A DNA stretch of 64,000 nucleotides from positions 504,995 to 568,994 of the forward strand of contig NMRA01000199.1 in assembly GCA_002633005.1 (NCBI GenBank). The letters run 5' to 3'. Source of the stretch: Phoronis australis. Lineage: Eukaryota > Animalia > Phoronida. Shown piece after piece: positions 1-12,600 of this stretch (position 1 is the first letter of the stretch; every line of letters starts with the position of its first letter). Made by a program: the position numbers and the translations under genes. The notes beneath the pieces are model-generated. The model was not told where the DNA came from. It ran no database searches and saw only the letters and a list, made by a program, of their open reading frames with translations.

Positions 1-3000
1 AAAATCGAAAATGTAATCTACCAAATTCGTTATCCGAGACCAATTCTACTTGACCAATGACCACTTCACAGTGGACGTGGTGCTCATTTTTGTGGCTTCT
101 CCACTTGAAAAATGACAATATGCCGTGCAGCACATTATCGGTAAACTGGAACTGCAGCACAATAGCAGCATAAAATCATTTGCATTTCCTAATGTACAAA
201 ATGAAAAAACATCTGGTAATTTGTGTTTGCTAAAACAATTTCCCTGTTTTTCGATGATAACCGGTCTCGAAATGTCTAAAGTTGAGCGGCAGACACAACA
301 GTAGTCACAACAGTTCTGTAAATCAATCACTGCAGGTTAGTTGCATAAGCAACTTTTTACGACAAACACCTGTCAAAAATTGAAATTCAAAACCAGACAC
401 CATATACGAGCTTACTAGTGTTCATCGATAATGTATAATTCTGATAAAAACAAAAATGTACCTACCAACCATGAAAAGTCAAAATCCATCAGTTTCGATA
501 TCACAGATTGTATTCTCAAAAATGCACACGACGGTGAGTTGCGTTGTGAAACGCGAGCTATCACACCACTAATGAACATGTTACCTACATGATATACTAA
601 TAACCAATGTTAGACGGCTGAAAAACAACTCGACAACATTAGCCAATGTCGTCAACGCCAGATGTAATTACAAAAGATAAGTTTGACTTGTACGACAATG
701 TATGGAAGTAGCGGTAACAAGGGTTTTATGTATCAATTAAAGACGCAGTTAAAGACTCTAGTTGACATGGGGTAACTAAGTGTGTGAAAACTTTAGTTGA
801 AAGGGAACAAGTTGGGATCATAAGATCAACTTTGTCACTTGGTGTAAAGCAAGTTTCACCTGATAATATCTCATTCTGTGTCATCAAATCAAAAAAATAC
901 AAATTTCTGCGTTATGACGTTAATTTCCGCCAGTAGACTTTCCCCGCTGATTCTGGTTAAAAACGACAGTTAATGACACATTATACCAGTTATAATCCCT
1001 TCTAGCAATCTATTGACGGTGCCAGTCCTTATTGTTCGAGTACAATACTAAGTTTTCTGATGACACAGTGAAAGCCGCAAAATGTTTTACAATACCTGTC
1101 AATAGCTACCAGGTAAATGTGTTTTTTCGATAGCACTTAGCGCATGTTGTTTAACCCGAGTTACCACAAGTGGAGCACCTGCTCCAGAGCACCAAAATTT
1201 CAAGAACCTGCTCTAACATCTGTATTCAGCACACATCAATACGACATTTACCATAAGTACAGGCATTCATGGTTCAAACTTGTAGGCTAAGTTTGAGTGC
1301 AGCACTGTGCCTGAAACTATTCGAGCATGGCAGCCACATTTAAAACTTTGGCGAAATCGTTGCATAGGAAGAAATTGAAGCATTTCCGTAAATTTTGATT
1401 CATACTTACTTTCGCGTCACGGTAAACCTTAACGTGTTCAGAATAAATTACTTCCGTTTTGACGTGGTTTCCGACATTGCCATGTAAATGTAACTGACAA
1501 GGATTAAATCACGCCAAGTGAACTCGTTCCATGTCAAGAGTTATTGGTTTAAAAGTACGTTATTATCATCAGGGGGTAACTACAATCATGGAACTCTACG
1601 TAGTGAGGGAAAAATCAACAAGGTACCAAATTACACGTGTTCCAACTGACCAATCAAAACCGGCTTGACGGCCTTACTAGTTTTTGTACAAAGTTTCAAA
1701 AAAATGCAAATGGAACGCAAACTATGAGATGAGGAAACCAAAATTTACATAAAACGAGACAAAAACATAGTGCTACAAGATGTCGGGCAGTCACAGCTGA
1801 AAAGGGAGGTGTTACACACAAAAAATTTGAAGACGTAACGCTCAGAGACTACTAATGACTGTTTTAAAGTATAATTGCACAGGAATAAAAATTAGACACC
1901 AAGAAAGAGCAACAATTCAACCAATGTAGAATGTCTCTCAGGTTCATGGGTCTTTTTCCCGAAAAATGACTGTTAGCCATGTGTTAGCAGATCACAGACT
2001 AGAAATAATTTATACAAATTAGTAACTTGCAGTTATGCGCACATTTTCAGACTTTCATTTTTGTTCAAGTGATATTTATCTTTTCAGCAATTGTGGACTA
2101 CAGAGTGAATTAGCGACTTAAGTCTCCCGTCACGTCATGAAACAGATCTCAATTACTTTAGAAAACAAATGGAACGGCAGTCTGTAGGATATGTTGCATG
2201 ATGGGATTTTAACTGTCTCTTGTCACGTGATTGGCGCCATTCAGCCAACCATGATGTATCACTGAATCAATGACAAAATGGTAGCTTTCGTATGAAATAG
2301 CGCAGAGCAACAATAGTAGACAGCTTGGACCATATGTGAAACACCAGACACAGCGCACGTGCATATGAAGGCGTTCTTTGCTTCGGTACTGTGTAGTCAG
2401 GTGACCGAATCTGCTTGTATGGCGACAGATCCGATAAATTCCCCTTACTACAAAGTTGGTGGACACGATTTTGTTGTGTATTTGGGTGTAGACATAAACC
2501 TGGAAATGTGTAGACTTTTTACGCTTGCTCAATCATGAATTGAGAATGATTCGTCAAACGGAAATGTAGTGGAGAGCACAATTCTTCGTACATGAAACAA
2601 AATACGAGTGCTTATTAAACGCAGTGGAAATTCCCAATTTTTTTTCTGAGAAATGTGTTTTACTGGTGCATTGTTTTGTGCTTGTATTATTTTACTCTTG
2701 ATGTTAACTCGAGTAGGTGAGCCACTGTTTACAATGACACGTCTGTGTCATTTTTACCGTGTTTCAATGAATACATCAAAAGAACAATAATATTATCGTC
2801 AAGTTCAAATATATGTGCTTACACGAAACTAGTGTCCAACTTATCTTGACGATAATGTCATCAGTCAATTGAAACTTTGCATGCGCATACGTGAGACAAA
2901 ATAACTGGGTCTCTGGTGGTCAATGTAACGCGACTGATTTGTACGACTGTTCGATCTACCCTCACACTAAATCAATATCAAAATCTTATTAGAAACAATT

Positions 3001-4232
3001 TCCAAGTATTGATGGACAGCTTATGTTTGATGTTCAATATGACGCGTTTTACCCTCGGTCATAGATTAAGAAAATAGGTGTGCTCTTTGGAAATTTTCTC
3101 AGGTGCTGAAGAAAACTAGATTATCAAATTTTCAAAAACATTGAAAAACAAGAAGCCTGAAAACCACCTATCAAGATTTGCTACATACAGTAGTTGGATG
3201 TTGTCTTGAATAACTCACACATTTGGCACATAAAAATGTGTTTAAGTAATAGCCAGTAGTGGTAATGAAAAGTTATCACTTTGCCTTACAATAGGCTGTT
3301 AAAAATCCACCAATATTTACATTTAACTAAGTTACAAACAACTAGAATAAACAGAAAATCTTTAAGCTGACTAAAAATTTTGACAATTTTTAAAAAGAAT
3401 GTAAGTACAAATTATTAGACGTTAGTTTCACATTAATGCCTAAACATCTATTAAAAATATATCAGTTACACTTGGTGACCCAAAAACAAGACTTTCAGTA
3501 GAACAGCCAGGTAAGTTTTTAATTTATTTAAACCATTACAGGCCATGGGGCCAAAGTACAGTTTCTAACAAAATAGTAAAACTACAGTGGCACAGTTACA
3601 AACATATCTTTATACACCGATGATGTCTTACAAATCCTTAGAGCTTAGAGCCCACCTCTGCTTGACGACTGTTAACAAGAGCGCAGGCTGTTATTGCAAC
3701 TCACACATTCCACTGCTATAATGCCTCATGCGCTTCTTGCATGTTTTAGCCTAGCGCACGAAACGATGTGAAACGACTAATTGCTAAAATTGTCAATTAT
3801 TACTTTCTCACCAAACTCTGTCAGCGATAATTTTAAGATTGCACCTCCCCACATTAACGCGTAAAAAATTCTGTGATGCACTCTAACTGCAACTCCGACC
3901 AACAGGTGCACTAATAGTGTAAGTAGTCACATACTACTTGGTTTTGCTGCATAAACAAACATAATGTATTGTGTTCAGACTGACATAACTACAACAGCTG
4001 ATCCAAACTTATATTTGTGCCAATCATCAGTCACGTAACACACTGGGACGAAATCATGTGACAAAGACGTCACTGCAACAAATCAAACAGAAAAGGGACA
4101 AAAAAAATAATAGGGTCCAAATGTTCTCTAAATTGTCCCACAGGTTTGAGGCCCTGCGAGTCAAAGTTTTCTAAAATGACCCCCACTTCGAGTGCGAAGT
4201 GTCCGAGTGCATACGAATCAGGGGTTACTTAC

Positions 4233-4411
4233 AGAGTTGGCCAAATCCACAAAGTTTTGTGTTGTGTAGCGATTACGTGATGACTCCATCAGGTGCTGCA
4301 GTATATAAGGATCATGTGTCTCTATCAGTTTCTGTAAGGTTGTTGGCTCAGGACTACAGTCTCGTGCACCACTGTCATAGTCCAGGCTCTCTGGGGGTTG
4401 TGATATTGCAC
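4233..4411 (-). CDS. MCC: MCC orthologue, coding exon 3 (gene continues beyond window start)
   Basis: ctctcag| acceptor, |gtaagt donor, 179 nt, phase 1->0. Peptide GAISQPPESLDYDSGARDCSPEPTTLQKLIE...FVDLANS resembles vertebrate MCC as I recall it (ESWEYDSGARD...LQKLLE...YLELANT). Confidence 0.93.
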
Positions 4412-5286
4412 CTGAGAGACAATAGAGATGAATCATACGGTGATAAGATACCCAACCAAAAGGTTATTAACAAAATATACAAGAGAACATGCAACAGAAT
4501 ATCCTAAGCTGAATGGACATCTCTTCACCTTCTAATTGATGAAATAATATCACGGAAGAAAAAGTATCATGTGTAATGCATCACAGTTTGGATGTAACCA
4601 AATAATCATGCACAGGTGCAAACTATTAATGATATGCTGTCATAAATTAACAAAGTTATAAATGTGGTACTGAGTGACTGATAGCGGTCTTATGAGAACA
4701 GACTAGAACTGCAATAAGTGTGCGGTATCAATTTATAGTTGAAAATCCACATGACACTAATACGAACACTGCCAATTCCATACAGACATTCGTTCGAATT
4801 AAGATACCAAATATTGTCATAAAAATAAACTTGCTAACTCACGGCCTGTAGGTTGGTGTTTAAAGCACTTAAGTATTAATCGTCCCACTAGAAGGCCCTG
4901 CCACCCCTAGGTATGGCCTCGAAAATGGGAAAAAGCTACATTGTAGAATCTGACAAAGAACCCTGTGAACAACGTCATATTGATGCAAGGCACTTTCAGA
5001 CCAAAGTTGCCCTTTTCATCCAACCCCCGACGTGGCCTTAAGATAACAACCTTGCAATTCCTGGACTTGTGCCCACTAACCTGCACTCAAGACCTGACAT
5101 CAAGAAAAAAACAATCACATGATGTAGAAATTGTAACTTTACTTGAAAAGTACTGAGTCATTGATAACTTTTCGAGTTAACTGAAGTAAAGTTGGTTTCG
5201 GTTTTAACACCATTTGGTAGCGTGCTTCCATGTCAACAAGTTAATCTCAGAAAAGACTGCAACTGTCAGGCAGAGTGTACTCTTAC

Positions 5287-5531
5287 CTAAACTGTTCTCA
5301 CTTCCACTTCGCCAAGCACCAATCTGATTGGATGCCATGGTCTGCTGTTTCTGTGGTGACCGCGCTGGGAGTCTGAAGGTTTCTTCTTCTATGTCTGGGA
5401 CCAGGTGCATGCGACACTGGGAGAACTCCTGGAAGGATATCCTGCCTTGGGCATCGGCTTTCAATTCCTGCATGATCTCGTCAACAGCATCCTCCATGCC
5501 CAGCTGTTGGCAGATGGTGAGAAGGTCATGG
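5287..5531 (-). CDS. MCC: MCC orthologue, coding exon 2 (EF-hand region)
   Basis: tctttgcag| acceptor, |gtaaga donor, 245 nt, phase 2->1. Peptide HDLLTICQQLGMEDAVDEIMQELKADAQGRISFQEFSQCRMHLV...WRSGSENSLG matches recalled MCC NDLLMVCRQLNMEESVAEIMNQLGADENGKISFQDFTRCRMQLV...SDNSLG. Confidence 0.95.
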
Positions 5532-6660
5532 CTGCAAAGAACAGTAGAGAATGATCAACACAGATCAACATGCATCCTGCAACAGTTGGCAGTTAGTGAG
5601 AAGGTCATGGCTGCAAAGAACAGTAGAGAATGATCAACACAGATCAACATGCATCCTGCAACAGTTGGCAGTTAGTGAGAAGGTCATGGCTGCGAAGAAA
5701 AGTAGAGAATGATCAACACAGACCACATGTATCCTGCAACAGTTGGCAGTTGGTGAGAAGGTCACGGCTGCAAAGAACACTAGAGAATGATCAACACAGA
5801 CCAATCTTCCATGTCAAGTTGAAGACCAGGGTGAGGTCAGGAATGCAAAGAACAGTACAAAAACAACCAACACAAGACTAAAAATCATCATCCATACCCA
5901 AATGTTGGCAAATTTAGAGATCACAACAGCATATAGCAGTGGAGAATAAACAGCACTGAACCACATACCAACAGCATTTTGTAAAAGTCATGACTAAAGA
6001 GAACAGTGGAGAATGGACAATGCAGATCACCAGTCATCTTTCCTGCTCAGTTGATGGCAGATGGTGACAACCTCACACTTGTCTAGAGCAGTTCGAAATC
6101 ATCAATACAGACCAATCACCATCCTCCACAGCCAGCAACTAGCAAATGGTAAGAAGGTGGTGGCTCCAAAGAACAGTGTAGAATGATCAACAAAGACAAA
6201 CTGGGATATTTCATATCCAGCAATTCGCAAATAATGAGATGGTCATGGTAACAAAGGACAGTAATGAACAATAAAGACCAAGAGGTATTGTCCATACCCA
6301 GCTATTGGCAAATGGTGAGATGATCATGGTAGCAAAGAACAGTAATGAACAATAAAGACCAAGAGGTATTGTCCATACCCAGCTATTGGCAAATGGTGAG
6401 ATGATCATGGTAGTAAATAACAGTAATGAACAATAATGACAAAGAGGTATTCTCCGTATCCACCTGCTGGCAAATGATTAGAAGATCGTGGTAGCAAAAA
6501 TGACCAGAGAATGACCAACATAGACCAACAAGCATCCAATATGTATCCAACTGTAGACAGACGGTGAGATGGTCATGATAGCAATGAACATGGAGAATGA
6601 TCAACACAGTCCAAAAAGAACCCTTGGTGTTAGTTGGCAAATGTTAATGAGGCCAGGGTA
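5490..6660. repeat. ~79-bp tandem array derived from the MCC intron 1/exon 2 junction
   Basis: gaaggtcatggctgcaaagaacagtagagaatgatcaacacag recurs at 5521, 5600, 5679 and 5757 (period 79/79/78). Degenerate copies continue to about 6660, including a near-identical sub-block at about 6235-6440. Confidence 0.92.
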
Positions 6661-9600
6661 CACTGAAAAAACAAGACTGAACAACTTTAACACATGCACC
6701 TTCCAGGCTGATGTGAATAACTTGGAATTCACACCTCACTAACAAGCATGGTTTATGCCCAACTGGTAGTAAACAGCAAGAATGAGCTGTTGGGAGCAAT
6801 GAACTGTGTGGAATGATGCACATTGACCAACAGGTAACCTTTATGCTTCCTTGTTGGTAAATGACAACAAACCTATGACGTAATCTGCCACTTGTAACAG
6901 CCAATAAAAGATGTTTACGACAATATGGACTAGTTATGACAGTCAAACATAGAACGAATGGAGACTGAATTTATGAGTACCACAGTAAAATGTTTCAAGG
7001 TACTGCCGTTTACCAGGGGGAGAGCGTCGCCTGCAAGGGCAGGCCAACAAGTAACTTTAACACAGCAGTGTGTATACTTTGCGCTGGCTCTCTTAGATAT
7101 GGCCTTGAGTGGGTATTAGTGGAGAGTAGACAGGTTTGGCAAAAACTGCATAATCTCTTAAAGGAGTGTTCACCACTTGGTAACACCTAGGATACATATT
7201 TGAGGTTGCCCTGATATTACATTGGATCTTACCAAAGCTTTGAAACCAGCAATCAAGTGGGCAGTGACCCCTTGACATAGAGGGGTCAAAGTTCAAACCA
7301 TGTAGGCTCCATTAACCTGATATACAAGGCCCTATAGGCAAAAAAAGTATTTCTGCAGTATTCAAAATGCAACAACCACAGACTTATATTTGGATATAAC
7401 ACCAGTTTCCTTGAATATATGGACAGTCACACCATTTCTCACATTTTATGTCAGTTAGCCATGCACAAAATGTTAACTAAAGTAAAAAAGTCAAAGCTAG
7501 TAAAATATTGGTTGGCTAAACTGTTTGAAGAAAATTTTCTTAACCGAAAGAAAGCAAAAAAAACACGGGAACATGTATTATGACTTCCAACTGAATTAAT
7601 CCTTTTTCTTGCCAGAACGTGACTATAAGACCATACACCAAGGTAGAGTTTCATGGATGAAAGAATCTCCCTGAGGAAGCTAGTGCACTTTGTTTCCAAT
7701 ACATAGCGATATTTTACAAAGTCTTGCATATTCGCAAGATTCTCGCCACTACAGAACGCATAGCAGATTTTTGGGCACATATTGGCTACTAGTACCCGAC
7801 AATGCTACATGCATGCCACATGTTAGGAATATTATGAGGCCAGTCTAATTAGAGTAAAAAGCCCTACTTCAATTTTTTCTCTTTAGTTAGCTAAACAATG
7901 CAAAATACAACTTTATGTTTGCAATTTATCATTCGTTGTCACTAATATTTAAGAATCAATTACTTACGGAACATTAAATGCGCAATAGCAATCAATACAC
8001 AAAAGTGATCCATCATCAGAAGTTTGACGGGCAATTGGAAAAATTTCTGTGCATGTTGCCTTAACAACAGAGATGAAAGCAAAGTGTTTCCATAGTTACA
8101 AAACTTAAATGTCAAAAAGCAGCTTCTGGGCAATTTTATATAATTCTTGTTATATAATATTATATAACAATGAAAAGAGTAACAACAGCATATTCTAAGA
8201 TTACGCAATATTGTAGCTCGTAAAAATGTTTACCGTAAAAAATTGTTACTGCGGAAAATGATAAAAAGCTCTAAAAAATTCTTTGCTTAAATTCACACAG
8301 ACATCTTGCTAGTAATGCATAAAAACACATTCTTGAAGTGAACCACTTGTAAGTTGTACAGAAATGACACCAGAGCAACTAGATGTAAGAGAAATTTTAT
8401 GTTCACCAGGTGGCGCTAGTGAATACAGGCTCCTCTTTTTAATACCTGAACAGATTGAGAACAGACTGCAGTTCATCAGCATGGGGTACGTCTGTGAGCT
8501 AAGGGTCCCATGTGACCACATGAAATGCATCGTTTAACCTGGTAGGACTGCTGCCACACTAGCGCCATCTAGATTTAAAGTTGCTCATTCAATTATGTGC
8601 TATGGTATAATATATCAAAAATTACCATTATATCTTGGAAGCGCGGTAGGTTAATTAAATGTTCTTTACTTACTATCAATGGCAAGAAAAACTGAAAACA
8701 AAAATTGAAGCTAATGAAAATGCCGATGTATGTTAATATTTCTATACATTATACAAAATACTGAAGACTTCAATTTGACGTAAAATTGTTTTGGGGTGTT
8801 GTGTAAACGGCAAGCTGCCCTACTTGACTTGATTCAACCTTCAAATGACTCGAATCTAGGTTCTGTCTGAATTCTTGTCCAAGATCTACACATGATTTAA
8901 TTTAACAGACACATTATCATCCAGCAGCCCAATTAGCAGCAATAATATTGTACCGTTTATTAGTTGTGACCAGCAAACAAACAATATCACTTGGATCTCA
9001 AGTCTTGGATAGGTAAGAGAGATATTTTGTCTTAATTTGTTTCTCAGGTAATAATGATATAATAATAAACCTTAATAATCGTAACAGAGGCAAATCAAAT
9101 TACTCCACAAAATAAAAATAATGATCAATAAAATCATATTGATGCAGCAACGAACAAAAAAAATTTTCAGTTAAGGGTTGTTCGTGATTATCACTATTTT
9201 CATGAGTACACAAAACGTTCACAGCTCCAGGGAAAAAAGGGGTTAAGGCTTCTTGCTAGCCTACACTTTTGACATAAAAATGAGGATGCAAAATGACAAA
9301 ATCGACACCTTAACTGCTTTTCCACGTCATTCAAGATACGACAAAACAAAAAAATATTAATAATATTATCATGTTTCTTATCTAGACAGGAACATCAGGC
9401 GCTGCCCTCCAATGTCAATTAAAACCTTATGTTTCCACCACATGTAATTAGCATGTTAATTACATTTTATCTCTAAATGCAATGAAAATGTCGTAACTAT
9501 GACGCGCATGCACCTAAATAGTTTGCAATCAACAGTCTAACACAATTAGTCATTGCCTGCAGACTAACGAAGAGAACTGGACTTCATCAGGTCACTATAA

Positions 9601-12600
9601 ATACTTAACTAATAATGATGTCAAACATTGTCTAGGCTGAACAGGATCTAACACAATGAGGCAAAATTTTAAAGTTGTTTACTTGTCTGGATGGCCTAAA
9701 TTGAAAATAAAGGATGCCCCACGCATATATTCACTTGCTATGTTGATCAATCTATGTGTGATTTACTATTTTCCAAGACATTAAAAGATCATTCCTTGAG
9801 ATTTCAGGACTCGCGCCCATTTCTGTTTTCATCTGAGGAGCCCTCATGGACTCATGGAGAAGTGAGTTGTACAATGTAGATGGTACGCCAACCCTTTCAA
9901 ACAATTGTCCGCCAATCAGTACTAAATGCTTCAACACACTTGTGTCGTACATCGCTTAAAAACCTGATGTCAGGTAGCAAAATTCTTATGAAAGTCATTT
10001 TTTTTGTCACTGACTGTAACTGCTTCGAGATATGGCACAAAGCACAAAGTAAGTGCCATGATAAACATGTCTACAACAGAATTGCCTGGATTATTTATGC
10101 ATATAAAGGAGTGCAGGTGTTTGGATGCCCTTTGAAGTGCATCAGACGTGCACGAGCCTCGTAGTCCGGTCCATTGCACAAAAAAACAGAGTGCAAATAT
10201 TCTAATTGAAATTTGGAGGTTTCCCCGGGCACCTCGTACTTTGTCAATAGATTTGTATAGGAACTGATGTCATATAAAGACCTGTTATCAGGAAATTTGA
10301 TCAAAGGTCCTGTCCCCTGGAGCAGAGCAAGCACATTAGTGATGTCTTTACCTCAATAAAACACTGAAAAAACCAAATTGGTATATGGTGCACTAAACCT
10401 AGTGATTTTTCGAACTGCTAAGCTTCTGAAATTGAATGCTTCATAAAATGGATGACGTTAACCCCAAAAGCATAATAAAAATCGGCCAAAATAGATGCTC
10501 TAGGTTTCAGTTCTTTGACACCAGTAGTCAAAAGGTTTAAGTAACTCTTTGAACAGCCGTAGATAACTGGCCAATGAGTGGCATAAGACAGTGGGAAGGC
10601 TTTCACAATGGACTTGATATCTGAACTTAGCACAGATCTATCGAGCTATTAATTGACCAAACTCACAAGTAATGAGCCTCAAAGAACACATTCTCCAACA
10701 ATCTGGAAGTATTTGGACTTCATGATTTGTGAGTGGTGGCAAGGGAACGTTCTTTAAACAGTTTTCCACAATTGTTTTTTCAATTTTCAATGGTATCTGG
10801 AGTGGAAACTGTAACCCCCCCTCTTAAAAGGATACTAAACCCTTTCTTGGTGATTTCACCTGCTAATGTATTATTGGCATCAATCTTGAAATATAAAAGG
10901 AGGAATCAGCTACAAACTCCTACTCCCTATTTTCACAGATTCGAAATCATGGTTCTTAGTGGGTCTGCTTTCACCGCACTTTTCTTGTAATTCGCTAAAA
11001 GCATAGGTCACGCCTGCCTATTCAGCACACTTTGAAAGGAGTGTTCAAATTTTCTTCCTAACTTTTGAGGCTTGTTGAGGGTTACATTTAGCATTATTTT
11101 ATTTCAGAGAATTGGATGGGAAAGTTGTTTTAGTATCTGTTAATAGGCCAAAACTGGGTTGGGCATCCATTTAAACGGCAGTGCATATGTACATAATAAT
11201 GTGAGATCACCATCATTTTAATACAATATAATCTCACCAGATAATAAGCCATATGGCAGACAAGTGAAATTTTAGTTTTTCACTTTATGCATAAAACTTG
11301 AGTAGCATAATCCTTTAATCTAGGCCACAGCTGGTATCAGACAATATAAGAACAACTGTCATTTACTATGCAGGCCAACAACAAAGCATTATCTTAGTTA
11401 GATCTAGACAGGTTATCTCCACATGCCATAAATGCAGGCATTTTCAGATAGAAAATGCATGCCATGTCTTGTAATAAATTTTGGGCATAAAAAGTAACTT
11501 GAAGCCGACAGCTCTGCTTTTGACACCTTCCTCTGCTTCCCTTTGTCGTAAGTTGTCCCTTTGCCGTAACTAGTATTTTTGAGCGAACTCATGAAATGTT
11601 GTTGATTTCCATGAGATGTTGCTTAGGCAGTTCTAGGTGAGCTGAGATGGTCTCGCTACCTGGATAATGAAGAAACTGTGCGTATTCACAAAGATGTTAC
11701 AAAAAGGGTCAATTTTGCCAATTATTTTTGTTCAAAATTGGCGAAATTTTACCATGCCATACTATCTGGCAAGAACAGCAGGTGACGGCAAGGGACAGAA
11801 ACACAGTGTGGCCCATGAGGAATAAGTGACCAATTGTAGGTTTTAAGGCGAGAATATTTTTGTCTAAACATGTTGCACCACGGCCTGCCTAAACCTAGAA
11901 AAGATTGTAATCCAAAGAGGCTTCATTGATATTAATGCTTTCTACACTCAAGCGCTCAATTTGTAATTCACGGATTCCTGCAAAATCTGAATGAGCAGAC
12001 CATGCCTCACCCCATAGTACGCGGGCAGCACAACAGAGAAACTTGGGAAGACAAGTTTACAGACACCATGCAGCGGCACTGCCAGTCAAGCTAATGAGAG
12101 AGATTAAACATCACTCAACAGTAACACTTGTCATGACCGATGGTATTTCCATCTGCCACAGGGTTGTGTTGAAACATGAGGTACTATGATGAAATGTGTC
12201 TACAAACATACAGCAGTGGTTTGAGTGCAGATGAAAGACAGAGGAACATTGCCTGACCTTGGTTGTGCTTCCAACAACTGACATGACTCATCTCGTTTCA
12301 GCAAAGATATATACAGAATTTTTGTTTCAGTGAAAAAAATTCTTTTGGAAAAACTAAAAAAGCACACTTCCCAGGGAGTTGATGCGATGTTATAATGTTG
12401 TAGCAGCTCTGTGACACCAGATGGCATTGATGTTCTAAGTAGTCTAGACGAATATTCAGTCAAGATTAAATTAGACACAACTTCTTGCTGTCACAAGGCC
12501 TGTCCTTAGGAGAACACTTCCCTAAAGAGCCAACACCACAAAATATCCAGTTTCAAGATCTTTATTCAAGACAGTCTTGCTGATGTTATTTGAGATTAGA

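Noticed and set aside
1-4200. MCC exon 4 (LHxAALASLKG...) within the window
   Set aside because: No matching peptide found by eye; presumed to lie beyond position 1.
5521-5800. Regularly spaced repeats as a CRISPR array
   Set aside because: The whole unit is repeated with no unique spacers, the context is eukaryotic and there are no cas genes.
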